This document shows, piece by piece, positions 30,401 through 36,484 of a DNA stretch of 63,039 nt (position 1 is its first letter; every line of letters starts with the position of its first letter). The stretch lies in the NCBI GenBank assembly GCA_023145615.1, contig JAGLDK010000005.1, positions 1-63,039 on the forward strand, written 5' to 3'. The stretch comes from Ichthyobacteriaceae bacterium. GTDB lineage: Bacteria; Bacteroidota; Bacteroidia; Flavobacteriales; JADGDT01. Position numbers and translations under genes: made by a program. The notes under the pieces were generated by a model. The model saw only the letters and a program-made list of their open reading frames with translations. It did not search any database and had not been told where the DNA came from.

Positions 30401-30581
30401 AAATAAGGCTATTGGATTTTTAGTAGCTCCTGGAATTACAAGTTTCTGGAATAATGTAAGTACTATGGTAATGGATTTTGCTGGTATGGTGAGAAGAATT
30501 TACAGTGGTAATGGACAGGTTTATGCTGGTCAGATCATTGTTTATATCATAGTTTTCTATTTTATAGCATTAGGTAAATAA
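27444..30581 (+). CDS. Fused double antiporter-like subunit (two NuoL/M/N-MrpD modules; Mbx H + H' equivalent)
   Basis: 1045 aa. Module 1 has 'LFVFVEIGS' (TM5 Glu) and 'LKYMIATG'. Module 2 has 'FFGWELMTAGSYF' and 'MTKTASLGLHIWLPGAHGEAESDVSPMVSAVLLKAG'. Confidence 0.85.
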   Translation: MVGPIYIIALALGLAFFLGFFGKSAKTLSVYLMLAGLAAMTCISGTWLSAFIDGSVSTQEIYTAGFKPPYSINLRMGLEEAAFTFIINLIGLLGGTYLFQTLKKAGNAAMSVFIILIMSLNVIVMTRDLFNLFVFVEIGSIATAGLILLDKESKALQAGLKYMIATGVISGLLLIGIIFAYSFVGNLNIDAIIGANLAGTTAGMVAAFLIVVVLVLELKPFPANGWGLDVYEAANPGVGALVSAAIGTASLFVLHKVLPMAGESFYPYIVAVGVITFVGSNLVGTQQKNANRLLGYSSIGQLGLVVAVIGLEPVLGTSFKFIAFALIINHVLAKAGLFWISGIIRKANISEWSVLRTKPALLISFLIFIFALIGFPPFPSFFGKYQLIMNLISSDNIGTAAFILIGSFAEGIYMFRWVGDALKNEVAEDATESLDCGKLNKVLPVLLMAVAVVAAGYLSIPFVDGAYSTYFIPLAFIMFIGLIDSFLPAVVKNVVSIAGMAYFTYVMYPIIEGDLMRSIFFGIFMIGGILTLIPGFAKKGKREGFYPAALLMYAGLATIITADNTFGFFFGWELMTAGSYFLIIRGKRSKAHAYSYMLFSVAGAYLILFGFGFAYQAIGSSLLEGLGEIKLLPTLAYTALAIGFMTKTASLGLHIWLPGAHGEAESDVSPMVSAVLLKAGVFGLMLLFLNMGDNGETILYVLGWVGAFTALMGNLSATFQEDAKRMLAYSSIGQLGYILFAISMMTTLGWLAGFTYVLNHFMFKSILFMVVGGIVVATGTHDLYRMGGLIKKMPLAFIAVMVAMITMAGLPPLSGFAGKWLFYNAVILKGWYIQGVIVFFAGTIAFMYAYKMLHSIFFGQLKDNHRNLKELSPAILIPAYILIAGIMYFSVFPQDVLQPINELLVSLNLGDTLTWAADGNATTVLSNWNGNAVMIIIVTTFALVLLYTMLITGKTKKLEQFNIAYSAERPFRPETTHYSHNMFAGLNKAIGFLVAPGITSFWNNVSTMVMDFAGMVRRIYSGNGQVYAGQIIVYIIVFYFIALGK

Positions 30582-30591
30582 TAACTATTTA

Positions 30592-30641
30592 ATCAATTGC
30601 TATTAGTTATAAATATTGGTTTGTAACTAATAGCAATTGAT
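30592..30641 (+). promoter_or_regulatory. 18-bp perfect hairpin in the H/H'-to-M spacer of the Mbx-like operon
   Basis: ATCAATTGCTATTAGTTA-N14-TAACTAATAGCAATTGAT, with no T-run after it. Confidence 0.5.
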
Positions 30642-30663
30642 ATTTAGTTTGATAATTATAATT

Positions 30664-31581
30664 ATGGATTATAGTATAACAAAATTTTTATGGTCATTGC
30701 TTGGGCTATTCATTATCCTTAACTGGGGAATGCTTATGTCGTCAACAATGCGTAGAGTAGGAGCAAGACTTGCTGGTAGAATTGGAGTACCAATGTATCA
30801 ACCTTGGATTGATCTTGCTAAATTAATGGCTCTTAAGACTTGGTTGTCTCATGGAGTTATGTACTACATAGGACCTGTATTTCGTCTTGTAGGAGGTGTA
30901 GGTATGTTCCTTTTTATGCCGATAATTTTCGGTTCTGAAATTTGGAGTAACTATTCTTTTTCGGGAGATTTAATCTTATTGCTTTATTTCCAATCATTCG
31001 GAATGTTAGGTATGGCAATGGGTGCATCTGATAGTTCATCGCCACACGCCTCAATAGGTATTTCTCGTGGTTTAGCTCAGTTTGCAGCAGTAGAGGTTCC
31101 TATGACTTTAGCAGTTATTGCAATTGCTATTCAACACCAAACGTTTTCGTTTAATTCAATTATGGAAGCTCAACAAGGTGGAGTATTAAATTGGACTATT
31201 TTTACTAACCCATTAGCATCTATTGCTGGTATGTTAGCAATGTTAGGAGCAATGAGCCACTCGCCATTTAACCTTGTAAAAGCACCAAACGAAATTCCAA
31301 TAGGACCACCAACTGAATATCACTCATCATTTTTGAGTGTTTTACGTACAAACAGTGCTATTATTCACGTAGTAGAAGCTGCTTTGTTCATGAACTTATT
31401 CTTCGGTGGAGCTGATACTTGGTTAATGTACATTGTTAAAACTTTCTTCGTTTACTTTATTTCGGTATTTGTAGGTATGGTTTTCCCTCGTATGAAAGTT
31501 GAAGATTCGGTACGTTGGTTCCTTAAATGGCCAACAGCAGTTGGAATTATTGCAGTATTAGTAGCTGCATATTGGAAGTAA
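30664..31581 (+). CDS. NuoH/MbhM-like membrane subunit (Mbx M equivalent)
   Basis: It has 'GISRGLAQFAAVEVPM' and 'SPFNLVKAPNEIPIGPPTEYHS', as in NuoH/HyfC. The ORF-track TTG start at 30637 lies inside a hairpin arm, and the first ATG is at 30664. Confidence 0.8.
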   Translation: MDYSITKFLWSLLGLFIILNWGMLMSSTMRRVGARLAGRIGVPMYQPWIDLAKLMALKTWLSHGVMYYIGPVFRLVGGVGMFLFMPIIFGSEIWSNYSFSGDLILLLYFQSFGMLGMAMGASDSSSPHASIGISRGLAQFAAVEVPMTLAVIAIAIQHQTFSFNSIMEAQQGGVLNWTIFTNPLASIAGMLAMLGAMSHSPFNLVKAPNEIPIGPPTEYHSSFLSVLRTNSAIIHVVEAALFMNLFFGGADTWLMYIVKTFFVYFISVFVGMVFPRMKVEDSVRWFLKWPTAVGIIAVLVAAYWK

Positions 31582-31813
31582 TTTTTAATTGCCTTTTGCA
31601 AATTAAAAACGTTATAGGCTTTAAGCTTTAATTCGAATGCTTTATTAGCATCGTTAAGGCTTAATGCTTTAGTTGTAAATAAAAATGTTGGTTTGTAATA
31701 ATTATTTGATTTTCAAATAATTGCACATCATTTTTGCATTGGTAGTATAATTTGTACTACTGTATAAAGCATTATAGCGTATAGCTTTTTTTGCTAAAGC
31801 AAAAAAAAAGAAA

Positions 31814-32476
31814 ATGGAAGAGAAAAAAGATAAGTTTTTAGCACCTGAAAACGAAGTTAGACAGGTGTCTGCTCCTGACGGATCTATTATTGAAGTTGAT
31901 CCGTTAAAGGATTACTTCAGTCAAGAGAAGCCAGAGCCATATAAAGTAGGTTCAGGGCCTGTTGAGAATTTCCTTAACTGGGCACGTGCTGAGAGTTTAT
32001 GGGTATTAGGATTTGGAACTGGATGTGGAAGTATTGAAATTCCACCATTGGTAACACCTCGTTTCGATATGTACCGTTTTGGTGTGCAAATGAGAGCTAC
32101 TCCACGTCAATCAAACGTATTTATTATTTCAGGATACCTTGCCATAAAAACTCTTAAAAGAGCTATTCGTGCTTACGAGCAAATGCCTAGCCCTAAATAT
32201 ATAGTTGCACTTGGTAGTTGTACAATTAATGGAGGTATGTATTACGATTCATACAATACCATTAATCGTTTAGATCAATATTTGCCAGTTGATGCTTATA
32301 TAGCTGGATGTATGCCACGTCCGGAGGCTTTATTAGCTGGTTTTGCTGAGTTGAAAAAACTTATTAAAGCTGGTAAAGGTCACAAGGCAAACGAGTATGT
32401 TGAAAATCTTGAATGGTACAAAACAAACCAAAAGAAGATTATCAAGGATTGGAATATGCCTGATTACAACTGGTAA
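31814..32476 (+). CDS. NuoB/MbhJ-like [4Fe-4S] subunit with only three cysteines (Mbx J equivalent)
   Basis: 220 aa with 'GFGTGCGSIEI', 'LGSCTINGG' and 'IAGCMPRPEAL'. These are the only three Cys in the protein. Confidence 0.85.
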   Translation: MEEKKDKFLAPENEVRQVSAPDGSIIEVDPLKDYFSQEKPEPYKVGSGPVENFLNWARAESLWVLGFGTGCGSIEIPPLVTPRFDMYRFGVQMRATPRQSNVFIISGYLAIKTLKRAIRAYEQMPSPKYIVALGSCTINGGMYYDSYNTINRLDQYLPVDAYIAGCMPRPEALLAGFAELKKLIKAGKGHKANEYVENLEWYKTNQKKIIKDWNMPDYNW

Positions 32477-32591
32477 TATTGAGTTGAAGCGTTTATTGTT
32501 GTAAAATTTAATTTATCAGCAAAACAATTATAGTTATGTTGATAAATGATTAAATCATTCAACGATTAAACAATTAAACATTGAAGAAAAA

Positions 32592-33170
32592 ATGCAAAAA
32601 GGAATAAATAATTTGATTGAAAAATTCGGTGCCTCTGATTTAGTTGAGAGAAGATCGGGTTTGTCTTTTATTACTGTTGATCAAACTAAAGCTGTTGCCG
32701 CTATCACACATCTTAAGGATATTGATGGTTATACTGTTTTATCTTTTATTACAGCAGCAGATTGGATTGAAGATGGAAAGATGCAATTAACTTATATGTT
32801 GAATAATCCTGCTGAAGTTGCAGAGATTGCTATTCGTGTAATGTTAGAGCGTAAAAAAGAAGCTGGAGAATCAATGGAGACAATTCATCACCTTTGGCCA
32901 AATGCTAAAAAATGGCAACAGGAGTTGAAAGAAATGTACGGTGTTGATTTCCCAACAAGCCCAGGTGTTAACGATTCTTTCATTCTTGAAGGATGGGATG
33001 ATATGCCACCTAACCGTCGCGATTTCGATACTAAGCAATATGCAGAGGACACTTTCTTCCCTCGTGGAGGTCGTGTTACTCACGATCCTGCTACTTACAT
33101 GCGCGAACAGCTTGATCCAAAAGATCCTCAGTACTATACTAAGAAGAAGAAAAAAGACATTAATAGTTAA
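32592..33170 (+). CDS. NuoC/MbhK-like 30-kDa subunit (Mbx K equivalent)
   Basis: 192 aa with 'HHLWPNAKKWQQELKEMYGVDF', which corresponds to the NuoC 'W..A.W.ERE..DMFGI' region. Confidence 0.75.
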   Translation: MQKGINNLIEKFGASDLVERRSGLSFITVDQTKAVAAITHLKDIDGYTVLSFITAADWIEDGKMQLTYMLNNPAEVAEIAIRVMLERKKEAGESMETIHHLWPNAKKWQQELKEMYGVDFPTSPGVNDSFILEGWDDMPPNRRDFDTKQYAEDTFFPRGGRVTHDPATYMREQLDPKDPQYYTKKKKKDINS

Positions 33171-33180
33171 TTTTTGAGAG

Positions 33181-34374
33181 ATGGGAATTAGTAAATTATT
33201 TACGATGAATGAAGACAGAAGTCTTTATCCTGAACATGATGAAAATGGGAAACCTATCATCGACCTTGAGTCTCATAAGTTTTTAAAACTATGGCAAGGA
33301 CCTCAACATCCTGGTATTACTGGTAACATGTCGTTAGAATTGACAGTAAGTGGAGATGAAATTGTAGAATCTAAAACTCACGTAGGTTACCTACACCGTG
33401 GATTTGAGAAGTTACTTGAACGTAGATTGTTTGTGCAATGTATGCCAACATCTATCCGTTTGTGTGTTGCCGAACCAGATCCAAATGAGTACATAGTATC
33501 AACAGCTGTTGAGGAGCTTGGAGGAATTGAAATTCCTGATAATGCTAAATGGTTGAGAATGCTTTCGTTAGAAATGGCTCGTTTACAAGTTTTGTTACGT
33601 GGTGTTCCTGGTCAGGCTGGTACTTTTGCACTTGGTTTAGGATACCAGTGGGGTAACTACCTTCGTGATTTAATTCTTGATAGTTTTGAAGAATTAACAG
33701 GTGGGCGTGTTTATCATATGTACATTATTCCTGGTGGAGTTCGTGGTAATTTACCTGAAGGCTTTAAAGGGCGTATGTTAGAAAAACTTAAGCTAATTGA
33801 TGAGTTTGTTGTAAAAATAGACAAGTTGATTTTTCAAAACGTTGTTTTCGAAAGCAGAGCCAAAGGATTAGGTCATATACCTAAAGAGTGGGTTGATAAA
33901 TATGGAGTTTACGGACCTGCAGCTCGTGCGTCAGGTGTTATGCGCGATGTGCGTAAAACTAACCCTTACTTAAACTACGATCAATTAGATTTCGAACCTC
34001 ATGTAACTACAGAGGGAGATGTTTATGCTCGTTCGGTTGTTAGATACAATGATCTTCAAATGACTGTTGACATGATTCGTCAGATTTTAGATAAGATGCC
34101 TGATGGTGGAGATATTAGAGCGCAAACTCCAAACGTTTTACACTGGAAAATTCCTAAAGGAGAAACTTATGTAAAGTGTGAAAGTTCTCGTGGTGAGTAT
34201 GGTATGTATTTTGTGACTGACGGTAGCGATAAGCCTCGTAGAGCTCACTTAAAAGGACCTTCTTATACTCACGCAAATGCACTTTTAGATAAATTGCTTA
34301 TTAATGCTAACATAGCAGATACAGCGGCAATTATGGTTTCTTTAGCAACTTGTCCTCCAGAAATAGAGAGGTAA
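33181..34374 (+). CDS. NuoD/MbhL/MbsL-like catalytic-core subunit lacking a complete NiFe site (Mbx L equivalent)
   Basis: 397 aa with 'GPQHPGITGNMSL' and 'GYLHRGFEKL'. The N-terminal motif is 'RLCVAE' and the C-terminal end is 'ATCPPEIER', so both positions read CxxE rather than CxxC. Confidence 0.85.
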   Translation: MGISKLFTMNEDRSLYPEHDENGKPIIDLESHKFLKLWQGPQHPGITGNMSLELTVSGDEIVESKTHVGYLHRGFEKLLERRLFVQCMPTSIRLCVAEPDPNEYIVSTAVEELGGIEIPDNAKWLRMLSLEMARLQVLLRGVPGQAGTFALGLGYQWGNYLRDLILDSFEELTGGRVYHMYIIPGGVRGNLPEGFKGRMLEKLKLIDEFVVKIDKLIFQNVVFESRAKGLGHIPKEWVDKYGVYGPAARASGVMRDVRKTNPYLNYDQLDFEPHVTTEGDVYARSVVRYNDLQMTVDMIRQILDKMPDGGDIRAQTPNVLHWKIPKGETYVKCESSRGEYGMYFVTDGSDKPRRAHLKGPSYTHANALLDKLLINANIADTAAIMVSLATCPPEIER

Positions 34375-34402
34375 ATTGGTTTAACTGTTGAAATGTTGAA
34401 CT

Positions 34403-34426
34403 GTTGAAATACTTCGGTGTTTTAAC
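34403..34426 (+). promoter_or_regulatory. UUCG-tetraloop hairpin in the L-to-N spacer of the Mbx-like operon
   Basis: GTTGAAATAC-TTCG-GTGTTTTAAC gives a 10-bp stem including two G-U pairs. It is preceded by CTGTTGAAAT direct repeats. Confidence 0.45.
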
Positions 34427-34468
34427 AACTAAACAAAAAACTATTAAACGAATAAACATTAAGAAAAA

Positions 34469-36277
34469 ATGAATATAAAAAAGTTATTAACACCGTTTAC
34501 TGCTTGGGGTAATGTAACTAAAGATCCTGTTACAATTAAGGATCCTTTAAACGAGCGTCCAGGTGCAGATAGATATAGAGGTTTTCACCGAAACGATGTA
34601 GAAGCATGTGTTGGTTGTGGTTCTTGTGAAGATATTTGCGAGAATGAAGCAATTGACTTAATGCCTGCAAAGGATACAAAAGATGGTGATTCAGGATTAC
34701 GCCCAATGATTGATTACGGTCGTTGTTGCTGGTGTGCTCTTTGTGTTGATGTTTGTACTACAAACTCACTTACATTGAGTAACGAATATACTTGGATTTC
34801 TACCGACCCTGAAGATTTCAGATATATACCTGGTATAGATAAAAAAGAATGGGATAATAATAACGATAAAGGTTGGAAAAAACCTGAGCCAAACTACGAA
34901 TTCTATCCATTAAAAAGAATTCAACCGTCTCACTTATCGCCCGAAGATCGTTCCGATTCGTTTATCGAAATGATGCATGGTTATTCAAAAGACCAAGCAA
35001 TGCAAGAAGCCGATCGTTGTGTTGAGTGTGGTATTTGTACTGCAACTTGTCCTGCACACATGGGTATTCCTGAGTATATCAAAGCTATTCGTAACGATGA
35101 TTTAGAGGAAGGTTTACGTATACTTTACGATACAAACCCATTACCAGAAATTTGTGGACGTATTTGTACTCATAAATGTGAAACTGTTTGTACAATCGGA
35201 CATAAAGGAGATCCATTATCTATCCGTTGGCTGAAACGTTATATTGCCGATCAAAATCCATCGGAGAGATATAAGAAAATTCTTGAAACTGAAAACCTTG
35301 TATCAAAAGGGAAGAAAGTTGCAATTATTGGTGCTGGTCCTTCTGGATTATCAGCAGCTCACTACTTAGTACAGATGGGTTACGAAGTTAAGATTTTTGA
35401 AAAACTTGCAGCTGCCGGTGGTATGATGCGTTACGGTATTCCATCGTATCGTTTACCTTACGACCAAATAGACAAGGATATTGATTACATCTTAAGTCTT
35501 GGAGTAGATATTCAGTATAACATAAACGTTGGAAACGGTGAAGGAGAAATTTCTCTTGAAACTTTAGGAAATGATTATGATGCTGTATTCTCTGGTACTG
35601 GGTTACACTTAGGACGTTCAACAGGTATTCCTGGTTCTGATAACAAGCACGTTTACGCTTCTCCAGATTTATTACGTTGGATAGTTGAAGGAAAAGAATT
35701 TGAGGTTCCTGAAAACGTAGTAGTTATTGGTGGTGGTAACGTGGCAATGGACATTACTCGTTCAATGGCTCGTTTGCAGATGAAGAAATACGGAAAAGTT
35801 GGTGTTATTACTACTGCTCTTGAAGGAGAAGATAAAATGCCAGCCGATCGTGAAGAAATTGACGAAGGACGTGAAGAAGGATGTATTATCAACCCAGGTT
35901 GGGCTCCAAAATCAGTGGAAATTGATTCGAATGGTGTACCAACAGGATTAAATGTTGTTAAATGTCACTCTTTATTCGATTCTGAAGGACGTTTCAACCC
36001 TCAAACTGATGAAGACAATAAGGAATTCTGGCCTGGTACAATGATTATTGAATCAATTGGACAGGGTATGGATATTTCTTACCTAGATGGAAAATACAAA
36101 GATCAGTTAGAATTCGGACCAAGAGGAAGAGTTCAAACAGATGAGTATTACCAAACAGGTTTACCATGGTTATTCATGGGTGGAGACATCATTAAAGGAC
36201 CAGATGTTATTACAGGTATTGCTACAGGTCATAAAGCTGCAGTAGGTATCGACAGAATGCTAAATCCAGAATTCTAG
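34469..36277 (+). CDS. Fusion of a NuoI/MbhN-like 2x[4Fe-4S] ferredoxin domain with a GltD/SudA/NfnB-type NAD(P)H-dependent FAD oxidoreductase (Mbx N equivalent plus extra module)
   Basis: 602 aa. The N-terminus has 'CVGCGSCEDIC' and 'CCWCALCVDVC'. The middle has 'RCVECGICTATCP...EICGRICTHKCETVC'. Further on come 'VAIIGAGPSGLSAAHYL', 'GGMMRYGIPSYRLP', 'VVVIGGGNVAMD' and 'FMGGDIIKGPDVITGIATGHKAA'. Confidence 0.85.
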   Translation: MNIKKLLTPFTAWGNVTKDPVTIKDPLNERPGADRYRGFHRNDVEACVGCGSCEDICENEAIDLMPAKDTKDGDSGLRPMIDYGRCCWCALCVDVCTTNSLTLSNEYTWISTDPEDFRYIPGIDKKEWDNNNDKGWKKPEPNYEFYPLKRIQPSHLSPEDRSDSFIEMMHGYSKDQAMQEADRCVECGICTATCPAHMGIPEYIKAIRNDDLEEGLRILYDTNPLPEICGRICTHKCETVCTIGHKGDPLSIRWLKRYIADQNPSERYKKILETENLVSKGKKVAIIGAGPSGLSAAHYLVQMGYEVKIFEKLAAAGGMMRYGIPSYRLPYDQIDKDIDYILSLGVDIQYNINVGNGEGEISLETLGNDYDAVFSGTGLHLGRSTGIPGSDNKHVYASPDLLRWIVEGKEFEVPENVVVIGGGNVAMDITRSMARLQMKKYGKVGVITTALEGEDKMPADREEIDEGREEGCIINPGWAPKSVEIDSNGVPTGLNVVKCHSLFDSEGRFNPQTDEDNKEFWPGTMIIESIGQGMDISYLDGKYKDQLEFGPRGRVQTDEYYQTGLPWLFMGGDIIKGPDVITGIATGHKAAVGIDRMLNPEF

Positions 36278-36303
36278 AAATAGATTTTAAGATTATATAT
36301 TTT

Positions 36304-36339
36304 AAAACCTCCAAGGTCGGATGATCTTGGAGGTTTTTT
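36304..36339 (+). terminator. Rho-independent terminator ending the Mbx-like operon
   Basis: AACCTCCAAG-N10-CTTGGAGGTT followed by a T-run. Confidence 0.8.
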
Positions 36340-36376
36340 GTTTTCATAACTTTAGGTGTGTAATCAATATTTAATT

Positions 36377-36480
36377 TATTCTCTGTCAAATACCGTGATT
36401 TGATAAATAGTTATTATCGTTACAATCGCAAAACGTTATAACCTATATAGCGTTTATCATATCCATAATTAATATTTAAA
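36377..36480 (+). mobile_element. MITE-like element, copy lacking the right end
   Basis: TTCTCTGTCAAATACCGTGATTTGATAAATAGTTATTATCGTTACAATCGCAAAACGTTATAACCTATATAGCG aligns with 62558-62630. No right TIR was found. Confidence 0.55.
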
Positions 36481-36484
36481 CCAT

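Larger units (their letters stand above)
25041..36277 (+). other. Mrp-Mbx/Mbs-type membrane respiratory complex operon (12 ORFs)
   Basis: All ORFs are co-directional and the subunit order is MrpE-F-G / MbhD / MnhB / MrpC / 2x antiporter / NuoH / NuoB / NuoC / NuoD / NuoI-GltD. A Rho-independent terminator follows at 36304-36339. Confidence 0.85.

Noticed and set aside
25041-30581. Calling the first seven ORFs a stand-alone Mrp/Mnh Na+/H+ antiporter
   Set aside because: There is no MrpA-type large subunit, MnhB is split in the Mbh fashion, and the genes run on co-directionally into the NuoH/B/C/D/I-like genes with a single terminator only at 36304.
31582-31813. Internal promoter or small ORF in the 232-nt spacer before the NuoB-like gene
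   Set aside because: There is no exact TAnnTTTG match. The only ATG-initiated frames are 11 aa or shorter (for example ATGTTGGTTTGTAATAATTATTTGATTTTCAAATAA). This is left as an open question under the operon-architecture finding.
25041-36277. Calling the locus a membrane-bound [NiFe]-hydrogenase (Mbh/Ech/Hyf type)
   Set aside because: The large-subunit homologue has CxxE instead of CxxC at both NiFe motifs. The gene order is Mbx-like, with M before J-K-L and a duplicated H. No hyp or endopeptidase maturation genes are in the window.
25041-36277. Calling the locus NADH:quinone oxidoreductase (complex I, nuo)
   Set aside because: There are no NuoA, NuoJ or NuoE/F/G equivalents. MrpE/F/G/B-type subunits are present instead. 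The NuoD-like subunit lacks the quinone His (HPxxHG reads HPGITG) and the DY Tyr position. The NuoB-like subunit lacks the tandem Cys.
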